Assembly (NCBI RefSeq): GCF_006861675.1
Contig: NZ_SGJB01000009.1
Span: 1,777-25,776, forward strand
Origin: Peptacetobacter hominis
GTDB taxonomy: Bacteria; Bacillota; Clostridia; Peptostreptococcales; Peptostreptococcaceae
Direction of reading: 5' to 3'
Length of the DNA: 24,000 nt
The stretch's first letter is position 1, and each line of letters begins with the position of its first letter. Shown here piece by piece: positions 1 to 9,375 of the stretch. Position numbers and translations under genes: made by a program. The notes beneath the pieces were generated by a model, which did not search any database, was not told where the DNA came from, and was given only the letters and a program-made list of their open reading frames with translations.

Positions 1-281
1 GACTGTATTCTACCATTCTGATCCTGTATATCTATGAATCCAGCCTTTCCCTGTAATCTCTTACTCATTATACGTCCTGCTATTTTTGCAGTCTGTCCTT
101 CAAGTTCGTCAAAGTTTTCTTTTATTTCTGTTGAATAATGAGTTCTATCATATCTGCTTTCCTTGAATGGGTCTCTTCCCATAGCCTGAAGATTGGCAAG
201 TTTATCTCTTCTTACCTGAAGCACTTCGCTTAATTCTTCAGTAGATAATTCAGCTTTTACTTCTGTATTATTATTTTCCAT
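1..281 (-). CDS. lysS: lysyl-tRNA synthetase, class II, N-terminal fragment (gene runs off the window start)
   Basis: Absent from the ORF track because it is open at the window edge. The reverse complement from ATG at 281..279 reads MENNNTEVKAELSTEELSEVLQVRRDKLANLQAMGRDPFKESRYDRTHYSTEIKENFDELEGQTAKIAGRIMSKRLQGKAGFIDIQDQNGRIQ. This is a typical LysRS N-terminus running into the OB anticodon-binding domain (GRIMxxRxxGKxxFxDxxD). A GGGGGTG RBS lies 6 nt upstream. greA-lysS adjacency is common in Firmicutes. Confidence 0.85.
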   Translation of the reverse strand, partial: MENNNTEVKAELSTEELSEVLQVRRDKLANLQAMGRDPFKESRYDRTHYSTEIKENFDELEGQTAKIAGRIMSKRLQGKAGFIDIQDQNGRIQ

Positions 282-300
282 TAAATACACCCCCGATTTA

Positions 301-780
301 TTATCTGCTTATTGATATTACTTTGAATTTTGCAGTACCATCTGGAACATTTACTTCCACTATGTCTCCCTCAGATTTTCCTAATAAAGCCTTTCCTATT
401 GGAGATTCGTTAGATATCTTTCCAGAGAAAGGATCTGTCTCTGTTGATCCAACTATTGTATATTCAACTTCCTCATCGAAATCATAATCGTAAAGTTTAA
501 CTATTGAACCAGCTGTTATCTTTGTAAGGTCTATAGCTGTTTCATCTATTATAGTTGCCTTTCTTATCATGTTTTCTATCTTCATTATTTTCTCTTCAAG
601 TTCAGCCTGCTCTTTTTTAGCCTCATCGTACTCTGCATTTTCTGATAAGTCTCCATAAGATATAGCAACTTTAAGTTTTTCAGCAACATCTTTTCTTCCA
701 ACTATCTTTAATTCTTCAAGCTCAGCCTCAAGTTTGTCAAAACCTTCCTGAGTCAGCAGTATCTCTTTGTTTTCTTCCAT
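301..780 (-). CDS. greA: transcription elongation factor GreA
   Basis: 159 aa. An N-terminal coiled coil carries the acidic tip motif GDLSENAEYDEAK, followed by a C-terminal GreA/GreB globular domain. Size and sequence are typical. Confidence 0.95.
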   Translation of the reverse strand: MEENKEILLTQEGFDKLEAELEELKIVGRKDVAEKLKVAISYGDLSENAEYDEAKKEQAELEEKIMKIENMIRKATIIDETAIDLTKITAGSIVKLYDYDFDEEVEYTIVGSTETDPFSGKISNESPIGKALLGKSEGDIVEVNVPDGTAKFKVISISR

Positions 781-863
781 TTATCCTGTAGCTCCTTTTT
801 TATTGATTTTTTATATAAAATTAAGCGGTTTTTATACCGTTTGTATTTTACTTTATCCGCTAT

Positions 864-892
864 ATTATAGGCTAATATTCGCTTTATGTCAA
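864..892 (-). promoter_or_regulatory. consensus sigma-A promoter upstream of greA
   Basis: The minus strand reads TTGACA (892..887), a 17-nt spacer, then TATAAT (869..864). Both hexamers match consensus perfectly. The -35 abuts the dusB stop codon (886..884). The predicted leader to the greA ATG (780) is about 75 nt. Confidence 0.6.
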
Positions 893-1852
893 GGTTTCAG
901 CCATATAGCACTCAAGTGTGGATATTACTTCTGATGCACTTTCCATTTTATTTATAGAGTCCCTAAGTCTAGCCGAACCCTTCATTCCTTTCAGATACCA
1001 TCCAAGATGTTTTCTCATTTCTCTTACAGCCACATATTCTCCATCTTCTCTTATTGCAAGATTGAAATGTTTTATAGCTGTTTTTATTTTTTCATCCACT
1101 GATGGTTCAGGTTTTATCTCTCCGGTTTTTATATAGTGGTTTATTCTATCAAATATCCATGGATTTCCCTGTGCTCCTCTACCTATCATTATTGCATCGC
1201 ATCCTGTCTTTTTTCTTATCTCTATAGCATCATCTATAATTACTATATCTCCATTTCCTATAACAGGTATATTTACAGCACTTTTTATTTTCTCAATTAT
1301 ATCCCAGTCCGCTTTTCCTGAATAATACTGTACTCTTGTTCTTCCGTGTATTGTTATAGCATCTGCACCGCTTGCCTCAGCCATTTTTGCAAACTCAACG
1401 GCATTTATACTGTCCTCATCCCAACCTTTTCTGAATTTTACAGTTACAGGTTTTTTTGAATATTTTACAGCTGCTTTTATAACTTCAGAAGCAAGCTTTG
1501 GATTTTTCATAAGTGCAGAACCATCTCCATTTTTTACAACCTTTGGAGCTGGACATCCCATATTTATATCCAGTACTTCATTTGAATAATCATTAAGTAT
1601 CTCAGTTGCCCTTCCTATATATTCAGGCTCAGAACCAAAAATCTGAACAGCTACCGGATGTTCTTCCTCTTCCATCTTAAGCATGCTCTTTGTCTTCTCA
1701 TCGTCGTAGCAAAGAGCCTTTGCATTTATCATTTCTGTATAAAGCATTCCACACCCGTACTCTCTGCATATAAGTCTGAATGGAAGATCTGTAACTCCAG
1801 CCATCGGCGCAAGAAATACCTCATTTTCAAGTTCAAGTTCTCTTAGTTTCAT
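884..1852 (-). CDS. dusB: tRNA-dihydrouridine synthase
   Basis: Dus-family motifs LAPMAGVTD and NMGCPAPKV, with a TIM-barrel FMN enzyme pattern. The ORF track begins at a TTG at 1870. I prefer ATG at 1852 (MKLRELE...) because the RBS GGAAAGGGGA ends 6 nt upstream of it. Confidence 0.88.
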   Translation of the reverse strand: MKLRELELENEVFLAPMAGVTDLPFRLICREYGCGMLYTEMINAKALCYDDEKTKSMLKMEEEEHPVAVQIFGSEPEYIGRATEILNDYSNEVLDINMGCPAPKVVKNGDGSALMKNPKLASEVIKAAVKYSKKPVTVKFRKGWDEDSINAVEFAKMAEASGADAITIHGRTRVQYYSGKADWDIIEKIKSAVNIPVIGNGDIVIIDDAIEIRKKTGCDAIMIGRGAQGNPWIFDRINHYIKTGEIKPEPSVDEKIKTAIKHFNLAIREDGEYVAVREMRKHLGWYLKGMKGSARLRDSINKMESASEVISTLECYMAETLT

Positions 1853-1874
1853 ATTCATCCCCTTTCCCAATACT

Positions 1875-1900
1875 CAAAAAGAGGTACAATAAGTACCTCT
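1875..1900 (-). terminator. hairpin with short U-tract between coaX and dusB (possible partial terminator or RNA-processing element)
   Basis: The minus strand reads AGAGGTAC-TTATT-GTACCTCT followed by TTTTG. The stem is 8 bp (1880-1887 pairs with 1893-1900). Its 5' arm overlaps the coaX TAG stop (1901..1899). No clear promoter follows before dusB. Confidence 0.4.
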
Positions 1901-2672
1901 ATTTTTCTTTATTTTTATCGTATATTATTCTAAGTCCATCAAGTGTAAGAAATCTGTCTATCTCATCTATACTGTCTGTTTCTGATGATATAAGTCTTGA
2001 AAGTCCCCCAGTCGCTATAACCTTTATATCGTCTCCTCCAAGTTCTTTTTTCATCATTTCTATGATTTTGTCTACAAGTCCGACATAACCATATATAAGC
2101 CCTGCCTGCATAGCTGAAACCGTATTTTTTGCTATTACAGTACCCGGTTTTATAAGTTCCACTCTGGGAAGTTTTGATGCTCTCTGGAAAAGAGCCTCAC
2201 TTGATATTTTAACTCCCGGAGCAATAGTTCCTCCAAGATAGTCTCCCTGTTCAGATATAGCACAGAATGTAGTAGCCGTTCCAAAATCCACTATTATAAG
2301 AGGATATCCGTATTTTTCTATTCCGGCAACAGCATTTACTATTCTGTCAGCACCTACCTGTTTTGGATTATCATATTTTATATTAAGTCCTGTTTTTATT
2401 CCAGGTCCAACTACCATCGCTTCTTTTTTACAGTACTTTATGCAGAAATTTTCAAGAGAGTGCATAACATCCGGCACAACAGAAGATATTATCACATCAT
2501 CTATTTCATCTATTCTAAGATTTTCATGTTTGAACAGATTTTTTATAAGCATACCGTACTCATCTGATGTTTTATCCTTGTCTGTATGTATTCTCCAGTA
2601 ATTTTTAAGTTCTTCCCCTTCATACAGTCCAAGAACCATATTTGTATTTCCTACATCAAATACCAGTAGCAT
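1899..2672 (-). CDS. coaX: type III pantothenate kinase
   Basis: 257 aa. N-terminal [10 protein letters not shown] phosphate-1 motif, DFGTATT and IATGG motifs of the ASKHA-fold CoaX family. Confidence 0.92.
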   Translation of the reverse strand: MLLVFDVGNTNMVLGLYEGEELKNYWRIHTDKDKTSDEYGMLIKNLFKHENLRIDEIDDVIISSVVPDVMHSLENFCIKYCKKEAMVVGPGIKTGLNIKYDNPKQVGADRIVNAVAGIEKYGYPLIIVDFGTATTFCAISEQGDYLGGTIAPGVKISSEALFQRASKLPRVELIKPGTVIAKNTVSAMQAGLIYGYVGLVDKIIEMMKKELGGDDIKVIATGGLSRLISSETDSIDEIDRFLTLDGLRIIYDKNKEK

Positions 2673-2744
2673 CTGTATACCCTCTTTCCTAAGCCATTAC
2701 AGGCTGTAATTTTTCGGACCGTTCCATAGTCCGGACAAATTTTA

Positions 2745-2773
2745 ATTTTAGCAATTTAGAATATCTATGTCAA
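2745..2773 (-). promoter_or_regulatory. sigma-A promoter with extended -10, upstream of coaX
   Basis: The minus strand reads TTGACA (2773..2768), a 17-nt spacer ending in TGc, then TAAAAT (2750..2745). It lies in the 115-bp birA-coaX gap. Confidence 0.5.
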
Positions 2774-2787
2774 TATATCATCAGTTT

Positions 2788-3774
2788 TTATATATATCCA
2801 TTTTTTCCTCTCACTGATACTTCTCCAGAAAATATAGTTTTTCTATGACCATTTTCATCTGTCACAATAAGATTCCCATCCACATCTATGCCGTTACATA
2901 TGGCATATTTTTCTTCACCGCGTTCTATTACTCTTATTTCTTTTCCTATAAGAACAGAGTTCTCTGTACATATATCCAGAACTTCTTTCCTATCATCTTT
3001 TTCTATATATGCCTTGTACATTCTCTCAAATGATTTCATAAATTCAGACGCTATTTTTTCCCTGTCAGTCAGACATCCCTCAATAAAAAGAGATGTGGCT
3101 TTTTTTCTTATATCTTCTGGGAATTCTTCAGTTAGAACGTTTATACCAACACCGGTTGTTATACATTCTATTCTTTCAACCTGAGCCTTCATTTCAGTAA
3201 GTATTCCACAAAGCTTTTTACCATTCAGAATTATATCGTTCGGCCATTTTATTTTAGCATCCACATCCATATTTCTGAATGCATCAACAAGTGCTGCTCC
3301 CGATATAAGTGTTATAAACGGAGCTTTATTCAGAGGTATTTCCGGCTTCAGGACGATGCTCATCCATATTCCCTCTCCTGATTTAGATTTCCACGGCTTT
3401 CCGATTCTTCCCCTTCCACCGGTCTGTTCTTCAGCAATTACAACAGATCCGTCTTCCAGATTTTCTGAGTTTTCAAGTACATATTTATTTGTGGATTCAA
3501 GACTATCAAAACACTTTATATTACGTCCTATAAACTCAGTATCCAGAATAGATAAAAATCTTTCCGGAGAAAAGCTGCTGTTGTTTATAGACTTTAGTCT
3601 GTATCCTACTTTATTGACAGATTCTATATCGTACCCGTTTTCTTTAAGAGTTTTTATATGTTTCCATACAGCAGCTCTCGATATTCCGAGTTTTTCAGAA
3701 ATTTCTTCACCCGATATAAAATTGTCACTATTCATAAGTATTTCAGCTATTTTTGCTCTATTATCTCTGGCCAT
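2788..3774 (-). CDS. birA: bifunctional biotin-[acetyl-CoA-carboxylase] ligase / biotin operon repressor
   Basis: 328 aa. N-terminal winged HTH (ISGEEISEKLGISRAAVWKHIKTLKENGY), the biotin-ligase glycine-rich loop QTGGRGRIGKPW, and KWPNDI. Confidence 0.92.
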   Translation of the reverse strand: MARDNRAKIAEILMNSDNFISGEEISEKLGISRAAVWKHIKTLKENGYDIESVNKVGYRLKSINNSSFSPERFLSILDTEFIGRNIKCFDSLESTNKYVLENSENLEDGSVVIAEEQTGGRGRIGKPWKSKSGEGIWMSIVLKPEIPLNKAPFITLISGAALVDAFRNMDVDAKIKWPNDIILNGKKLCGILTEMKAQVERIECITTGVGINVLTEEFPEDIRKKATSLFIEGCLTDREKIASEFMKSFERMYKAYIEKDDRKEVLDICTENSVLIGKEIRVIERGEEKYAICNGIDVDGNLIVTDENGHRKTIFSGEVSVRGKNGYI

Positions 3775-3833
3775 AATATCACCCTTTATATATTTTTATT
3801 TCATTATACCCGATAAATAATGTTTGTATAAAC

Positions 3834-3861
3834 AAAAAGGAGGATAAAAATCCTCCTTTTT
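3834..3861 (-). terminator. rho-independent terminator downstream of ftsH (symmetric, potentially bidirectional)
   Basis: The plus strand reads AAAAA-GGAGGAT-AAAA-ATCCTCC-TTTTT. The stem is a perfect 7 bp (3839-3845 pairs with 3850-3856). A and T runs on both flanks give a U-tract on either strand. It lies 10 nt after the ftsH stop. Confidence 0.75.
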
Positions 3862-3870
3862 AATCTTTAT

Positions 3871-5856
3871 TTATTCCTCCGAAAAAGTTTTTACCTCTTC
3901 TGCATCCGATTTGTTTTCATCAATATTTTCATTGTTGTCTGATATATTATCCTTCTCTTTTTCTACAACATCCGAAACATTTTCAACAGACTCAGATTTT
4001 TCTTCAGAAATATTCTCTGTATTTTCCTCTTTTTCTTTAGATTTAAGTTCTCCGTTAAATGCCTGAACAAATTCCTTTTCATTAAGAGTTTCGTATTCAA
4101 GAAGAGCTTTTGCAACATTTTCAAGCTTATCCATATTTTCTGATATAAGTTTTCTTGTTCTTTCATGAGCTTCAGTTATTATTTTTCTTACTTCCGCATC
4201 TATCTCACTTGCAACCTCTTCAGAATACTCCTTGGAACTTCCAAAGCTGTTTCCAAGGAATACTTCTCCACCACTTTCAAATGTCATAGGTCCAAGTTTT
4301 TCACTCATACCATATCTCTTGACCATTCCTCTTGCTGTCTCACTTACTCTTTCAAGGTCGTTTGATGCTCCTGTAGATATATCAGAAAGAACAAGTTCTT
4401 CCGCAACTCTACCACCAAGCATAACGATTATATTTTCTTCCATTTCTCTCTTTGTTGCAAAGTATTTGTCCTCTACAGGAAGCTGCATTGTAAATCCTCC
4501 TGCCATTCCTCTAGGTATTATAGTTACCTGATGAACCGGACTCACTTTTTCAAGAAGATGTGCACATATCGCATGTCCAGCCTCGTGGTATGCAGTAAGT
4601 TTTCTCTCATCTTCGCTTATAACTCTTGATTTTTTTGCAACCCCAACTATTACTTTTGTTATAGATTCTTCTATAACTTCCATAGTTATTTTACTTTCAC
4701 CTTTTCTGGCTGTAAGTATAGCAGCTTCATTCATAAGGTTCTCTATATCAGCTGGAGTAAATCCAGGAGTTCTTCTTGCAAGCACTCCAAGGTCTACATC
4801 ATCTGCAAGAGGTTTCTTTCTTGAATGAACCTTGAATATAGCTTCTCTTCCTTTTACATCCGGCGCACCTACAACTACCTGTCTGTCAAATCTTCCCGGT
4901 CTTAAAAGCGCAGGGTCAAGTATGTCAGGTCTGTTTGTAGCAGCCATTATTATTATACCCTGGTTTATTCCAAAACCATCCATCTCAACAAGTAACTGGT
5001 TAAGAGTCTGTTCTCTCTCATCATGTCCACCGCCAAGTCCGGCACCTCTTTTTCTACCTACAGCATCTATCTCGTCTATAAATATTATCGCAGGTGCATT
5101 TTTCTTTGCATCTTCAAACAGAGATCTAACCCTAGATGCACCGACACCGACAAACATCTCGACGAAATCAGAACCACTTATACTGAAAAACGGTACTCCG
5201 GCTTCTCCGGCAACAGCTTTTGAAAGATATGTCTTACCTGTTCCTGGAGGTCCTACCATAAGTATACCTTTTGGTATTCTCGCTCCAAGCTGCGTATATT
5301 TCTTAGGATTTTTAAGGAAGTCGACAACTTCCTGAAGATCCTCTTTTTCTTCCTGAAGACCGGCAACATCTTTGAATGTAACCTTTTCTCCGTCTCCATC
5401 CTTGTGAAGTTTTGCCTTTGATTTACCGAAGTTCATAACTTTTCCTCCGCCGCCCTGCGACTGATTCATAAAAGTAAACCAAAGTACTCCAAGGAATATA
5501 AACATTATTATTGTAGGAAGCATACTTATAAACCATGGTGTTTCCGGTTTTGCTTCTCCATCTATTTTTAGATCACTTTTCTGACTCTGCTCTAAAATAG
5601 CATCTGCAAGCTGATCTCCTTTTACTTCTGAAGGTATATATGACTTGAATTTTGTCTTGTCCTTCAGAACGCCCTCTACTGATGTTTCATCTATAAAATA
5701 TATTTCTGAAACTTCCCCCTCAGTCAGATTACTGTATACCTGGGAAAAAGGAATTTCTTTTACAGTATCCACTTCCTTGCCTGTAAACTGGACAACGCCT
5801 ACTATTATAGCCAGCATCAGCACATAGAAAGCAACGCCTTTTAACATTTTCTTCAA
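3871..5856 (-). CDS. ftsH: ATP-dependent zinc metalloprotease FtsH
   Basis: 661 aa. Contains an N-terminal TM segment, Walker A GPPGTGKT, Walker [30 protein letters not shown] and the zinc motif HEAGHA. It starts at TTG (5856), with GGAGG 9 nt upstream. The C-terminal tail is long, acidic and low-complexity. Confidence 0.97.
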   Translation of the reverse strand: MKKMLKGVAFYVLMLAIIVGVVQFTGKEVDTVKEIPFSQVYSNLTEGEVSEIYFIDETSVEGVLKDKTKFKSYIPSEVKGDQLADAILEQSQKSDLKIDGEAKPETPWFISMLPTIIMFIFLGVLWFTFMNQSQGGGGKVMNFGKSKAKLHKDGDGEKVTFKDVAGLQEEKEDLQEVVDFLKNPKKYTQLGARIPKGILMVGPPGTGKTYLSKAVAGEAGVPFFSISGSDFVEMFVGVGASRVRSLFEDAKKNAPAIIFIDEIDAVGRKRGAGLGGGHDEREQTLNQLLVEMDGFGINQGIIIMAATNRPDILDPALLRPGRFDRQVVVGAPDVKGREAIFKVHSRKKPLADDVDLGVLARRTPGFTPADIENLMNEAAILTARKGESKITMEVIEESITKVIVGVAKKSRVISEDERKLTAYHEAGHAICAHLLEKVSPVHQVTIIPRGMAGGFTMQLPVEDKYFATKREMEENIIVMLGGRVAEELVLSDISTGASNDLERVSETARGMVKRYGMSEKLGPMTFESGGEVFLGNSFGSSKEYSEEVASEIDAEVRKIITEAHERTRKLISENMDKLENVAKALLEYETLNEKEFVQAFNGELKSKEKEENTENISEEKSESVENVSDVVEKEKDNISDNNENIDENKSDAEEVKTFSEE

Positions 5857-5883
5857 ACTTTATTTCCTCCTCTCAGCACTGTA

Positions 5884-7269
5884 TTAAAGTTTTTTTATCG
5901 TTATTTTCAGTACTTCTTTTGTCTTTAAATCAGGGATATAGTTTTCGCCTGTTCTGTATGTACCAGCAGCTATTATACCATTTTCATCTTCTATTACCGG
6001 TATTCTGCTTCTCATTTCTCTAGGTATCTTCAGGTCTATAAATAGATCTTTCAGTTTTTTTGAACCTGCCTTTAATTTTATTTTATCTCCGGCCTGTCTA
6101 TTTCTGACCTTTATTTCTCCTTCTATTTTGTCTGCATCTACACAAATTGATTCAGGATCCTTTTTCATACCTTTGAATCTCGACATACTCATTTGCTTAG
6201 TCTCTATTATAAGACCTGTTTCCTTTACTTTTACAAAACCGTTTTTAGGTATATTGTGACTATATTCTATATCCTCGTATTTGATTTCATTCATTGTAAA
6301 AAGAACTACATCATCTTTTCTATATGCAAACAATCCTCTTGGCAGATTCAGCATCTTGTTGTTTTTTGATTCCTCAAAAAGTTCCTCTACATCGTATATA
6401 TGCTTCATATCCACAAAGTTTGTATCTCCAAGAACATCTCTTATGGAATATCTTATGACTCTTGACAGTATTGCCTGATGAAGTTCTGTGCACTCAGGTA
6501 CACTAAGTTCTATTCCATCATTTGTCTTCTCTGAAATATCCCTGTAGATTTTTTCTGCCTCTGAATCAATATAATCTCCGTCATTTTTTAGACTGTTACT
6601 CATTCTTACTACAGATTCTATGACTCCGGGATTGAAATGTTCTTTCATATATGGTATAAGTTCAAGTCTTATTCTATTTCTTGAATATATACTTTCAAGA
6701 TTTGTTTTATCTATTTTGGGATCAAGACTATGCTCCTCGCAATACGCTTCTATTTCGCTTCTTTCAACATCCAGAAGAGGTCTTATTATACCATCTTCTC
6801 TTGTATACTCGATTCCCCTAAGACCCTGAAGCCCGGTTCCTCTCATAAGCCTCATAAGTACTGTTTCAGCCTGATCATTCATATTGTGACCAATAGCTAT
6901 TTTATTAGCACCGATATTTTTCTTTATTTCAAAAAACATATCGTATCTTACTTTTCTTGCTCCTTCTTCAAGAGAGTATCCATTATCCCTGCAGTATGAT
7001 GGTACATCCACTGATTTTATAAAACACGGAATGTCTTCTTTTCTGCAAAGTTCGGATACATATAAAGCATCTCTATGAGCCTCTATTCCTCTTATCTGAT
7101 GGTTAAGATGTGCTGCATAAACCTTTATACCCATACTCTCTCTTAAACCTGAGAGAACATGAAGAAGACATACAGAATCCGGTCCACCAGACAGACCTAC
7201 AATTATGCTATCTCCTTCAGATATCATGTTGTATCTTTCTATTGTATTTTTAATTTTATTTAATATCAT
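5884..7269 (-). CDS. tilS: tRNA(Ile)-lysidine synthetase
   Basis: 461 aa. N-terminal PP-loop SGGPDS within IIVGLSGGPDSVCLLH, with TilS substrate-binding and C-terminal domains. It is immediately upstream of ftsH, as in many Firmicutes. Confidence 0.92.
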   Translation of the reverse strand: MILNKIKNTIERYNMISEGDSIIVGLSGGPDSVCLLHVLSGLRESMGIKVYAAHLNHQIRGIEAHRDALYVSELCRKEDIPCFIKSVDVPSYCRDNGYSLEEGARKVRYDMFFEIKKNIGANKIAIGHNMNDQAETVLMRLMRGTGLQGLRGIEYTREDGIIRPLLDVERSEIEAYCEEHSLDPKIDKTNLESIYSRNRIRLELIPYMKEHFNPGVIESVVRMSNSLKNDGDYIDSEAEKIYRDISEKTNDGIELSVPECTELHQAILSRVIRYSIRDVLGDTNFVDMKHIYDVEELFEESKNNKMLNLPRGLFAYRKDDVVLFTMNEIKYEDIEYSHNIPKNGFVKVKETGLIIETKQMSMSRFKGMKKDPESICVDADKIEGEIKVRNRQAGDKIKLKAGSKKLKDLFIDLKIPREMRSRIPVIEDENGIIAAGTYRTGENYIPDLKTKEVLKITIKKL

Positions 7270-7384
7270 TTGACTACCTCTTTATTTATTGAAAACATAG
7301 ATATATACAGTTCTTTTATCTGTTTTATACCTCTATTTCAATATTATAAACCAAATCTAGTTATAATAATACCAAAGATATTAA

Positions 7385-7411
7385 ATAAAAGGTAGCTTTT
7401 TCCACTACCTT
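7385..7411 (-). terminator. rho-independent terminator downstream of the DUF1934 gene
   Basis: The minus strand reads AAGGTAG-(9-nt loop)-CTACCTT followed by TTATTTAAT. The stem is a perfect 7 bp (7389-7395 pairs with 7405-7411). It lies 15 nt after the stop at 7426. Confidence 0.55.
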
Positions 7412-7425
7412 CTTAAAATTTAATA

Positions 7426-7842
7426 TTATTTTATATTTTTCACATCAACTGTGACTTTGTTTCTTCCTCTGAACATATCTATTATATCTATATCATAGTC
7501 CATAAAAAGCCTTATATTGCCACAATTGTCTTTTTCTATATCTATTTTTCTTCCATTTGTTTCTATAAGAAAGGCTCCCTGTGGAATTACATATCTGCAT
7601 ACATATTTTTCTCCAGGTTTTATTCTTATATCAGTATTGAATGCACCCATTCTTTTCATAGATACATATTCGTCAGAAATTTTTATGGTATTTGTAATTT
7701 CCTCGCCATCCTGTTTTTCCTTATATATTATATATGTATTTCCATTTTTTTCGAATAGCTTTCCTGATGTTTTAAACTCTATTGTATCCATATTTCCGGC
7801 ATCATCGTATTGCCTTGTTTCTATTTTTATTTTTACGCTCAA
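7426..7842 (-). CDS. DUF1934 (YwiB-like) beta-barrel protein
   Basis: 138 aa. The all-beta-looking alternating pattern (VKIKIETRQYDDAGN...TYIIYKE...ISMKRMG...YVIPQGAFLIET) fits my recollection of the small Firmicutes DUF1934/YwiB family. No enzymatic motif is present. Confidence 0.55.
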   Translation of the reverse strand: MSVKIKIETRQYDDAGNMDTIEFKTSGKLFEKNGNTYIIYKEKQDGEEITNTIKISDEYVSMKRMGAFNTDIRIKPGEKYVCRYVIPQGAFLIETNGRKIDIEKDNCGNIRLFMDYDIDIIDMFRGRNKVTVDVKNIK

Positions 7843-7860
7843 GCTAAAACCTCCTGATAA

Positions 7861-8664
7861 TTAATATCTCTGTATTTCAACCTTGCTTACATCTATTTTC
7901 CTTTTAAGGAACTCTCTAGCTATAGATGTGAATTTTTCATTTATATCAGAAACAAAGTACTCACATGTTCCTGCTTCTTCTCTAGAAGTCATAAGATTTT
8001 TTTCCTCAAGCTGCTTTTTCAAATCATATGCAGTTTCTCTAGCAGGATTTACAAGCTTAACATCCATTCCCACTTCTTCTCCGATGGTTCTTTTAAGTAT
8101 AGGATAGTGTGTACATCCCAATACAATCGAATCCACATCTTTTTCTTTTAAATCCTTTAGGTATTCCTTCGCTGTCAATCTTGCGACCTCTGTGTTTGCC
8201 CATCCTTCCTCTACTATAGGTACAAACAGAGAACAGGCTTTTCCATATATTTTTATTTTTTTGTTTATCTTCTTTATTTCCTGGTTATATGCTCTCGATT
8301 TTATAGTACCCTCAGTACCTATAACACCAACTTTTCCATTTTTCGTAGTCATAGCTGCAGTTCTTGCTCCTGCTTCTATAACACCTATTATAGGAATATC
8401 ATATTTTTCCTGTGCTTCTGCAAGACTTCTTGCAGTTGCTGTATTACATGCAATTACAATGGCTTTTACATCCTTTGTTCTAAGGAAGTTTATAGCCTGA
8501 AAAGTATATTTTATTATTGTCTCTTTAGATCTCGGCCCGTACGGAACTCTTGCTGTATCCCCGAAATATACTATATTCTCATTTGGAAGAATTCTTTTTA
8601 TTTCTTTTAATACAGTTAAGCCTCCAAGCCCCGAGTCAAAAACTCCTATTCCTCTTTCATCCAT
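7861..8664 (-). CDS. murI: glutamate racemase
   Basis: 267 aa. Motifs FDSGLGGLTV, the catalytic-Cys pair IACNTA and LGCTHYP. Confidence 0.93.
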   Translation of the reverse strand: MDERGIGVFDSGLGGLTVLKEIKRILPNENIVYFGDTARVPYGPRSKETIIKYTFQAINFLRTKDVKAIVIACNTATARSLAEAQEKYDIPIIGVIEAGARTAAMTTKNGKVGVIGTEGTIKSRAYNQEIKKINKKIKIYGKACSLFVPIVEEGWANTEVARLTAKEYLKDLKEKDVDSIVLGCTHYPILKRTIGEEVGMDVKLVNPARETAYDLKKQLEEKNLMTSREEAGTCEYFVSDINEKFTSIAREFLKRKIDVSKVEIQRY

Positions 8665-8700
8665 ATATTACACCTGCTTTTGTATAATAGTTTTTGCTTT

Positions 8701-9375
8701 CTATTTCATGCTTTCTGCTTTATCAATCATATACTGTTCAGCTTTTTCTATATGATCCTTTGCACATTTTGCCGCATTTTCGCACTCTCCATTTTCTATT
8801 GCAGCTATAAGACTTTCATGCTCCTCTATTATTGAAAGTGCTGCATTATAGTCAGACATATATCCCTCTCTGAATCTATATACCTGTTCCCATAAAGCAT
8901 TTATCATCTGTGCAAGTCTTTTATTTCCTGATGCTTCAAATATACATTGATGAAACTCAACGTCTTTTTTAAGTATCTCTTTTAAATCTGACTCTGATAC
9001 ACTCTTTTTAAGTTCTTTTGATATAGTCTTAAGTTTTTTGATTCCTGCATCGTCCATTCTTTCTGCTGCAAGAGATGCTGCAAGCCCTTCCAGTGCTGCT
9101 CTAACTTCAAGAAGATCTATTATATCCTTTATAGACATATCTGCAACATATGCCCCCTTTCTTGGAAGCATTATAACAAGACCTTCAAGTTCTAATTTTC
9201 TTATAGCTTCTCTTACAGGAGTTCTACTTACTCCAAGCTGTTCTGCAAGCTGTACCTCCATCATTCTCTGACCAGGTTTTAACTGTCCTTCTACAATAGC
9301 CTTTCTAAGACTTTCAAATACCACATCTCTAAGAGGTTTATAATTGTCCATATTTATTTTAGTTATATTATCCAT
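8701..9375 (-). CDS. GntR family transcriptional regulator (FadR/FCD subfamily)
   Basis: 224 aa. N-terminal GntR wHTH (LAEQLGVSRTPVREAIRKLELEGLV) and a C-terminal all-helical FCD-type domain. Its ATG (9375) overlaps the ispE stop by 8 nt (ATGGATAA). Confidence 0.85.
   Translation of the reverse strand: MDNITKINMDNYKPLRDVVFESLRKAIVEGQLKPGQRMMEVQLAEQLGVSRTPVREAIRKLELEGLVIMLPRKGAYVADMSIKDIIDLLEVRAALEGLAASLAAERMDDAGIKKLKTISKELKKSVSESDLKEILKKDVEFHQCIFEASGNKRLAQMINALWEQVYRFREGYMSDYNAALSIIEEHESLIAAIENGECENAAKCAKDHIEKAEQYMIDKAESMK

Noticed and set aside
282-300. A possible T-box or other leader in front of lysS.
   Set aside because: Only 19 nt separate the greA stop from the lysS ATG. That is enough for an RBS and nothing else.
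3821-3834. The imperfect palindrome TGTTTGTATAAACA upstream of birA, considered as a BirA (bioO) operator.
   Set aside because: Only 5-bp arms pair, with a 4-nt spacer. It does not resemble the long TGTnAAC-type bipartite BirA operators I recall for Firmicutes. It also lies next to the ftsH terminator and is probably incidental.
3963-4166. A 67-aa minus-strand ORF in an alternative frame inside the 3' end of ftsH.
   Set aside because: It is a Lys/Leu-rich out-of-frame reading of the low-complexity acidic tail region of ftsH, with no independent start signals.
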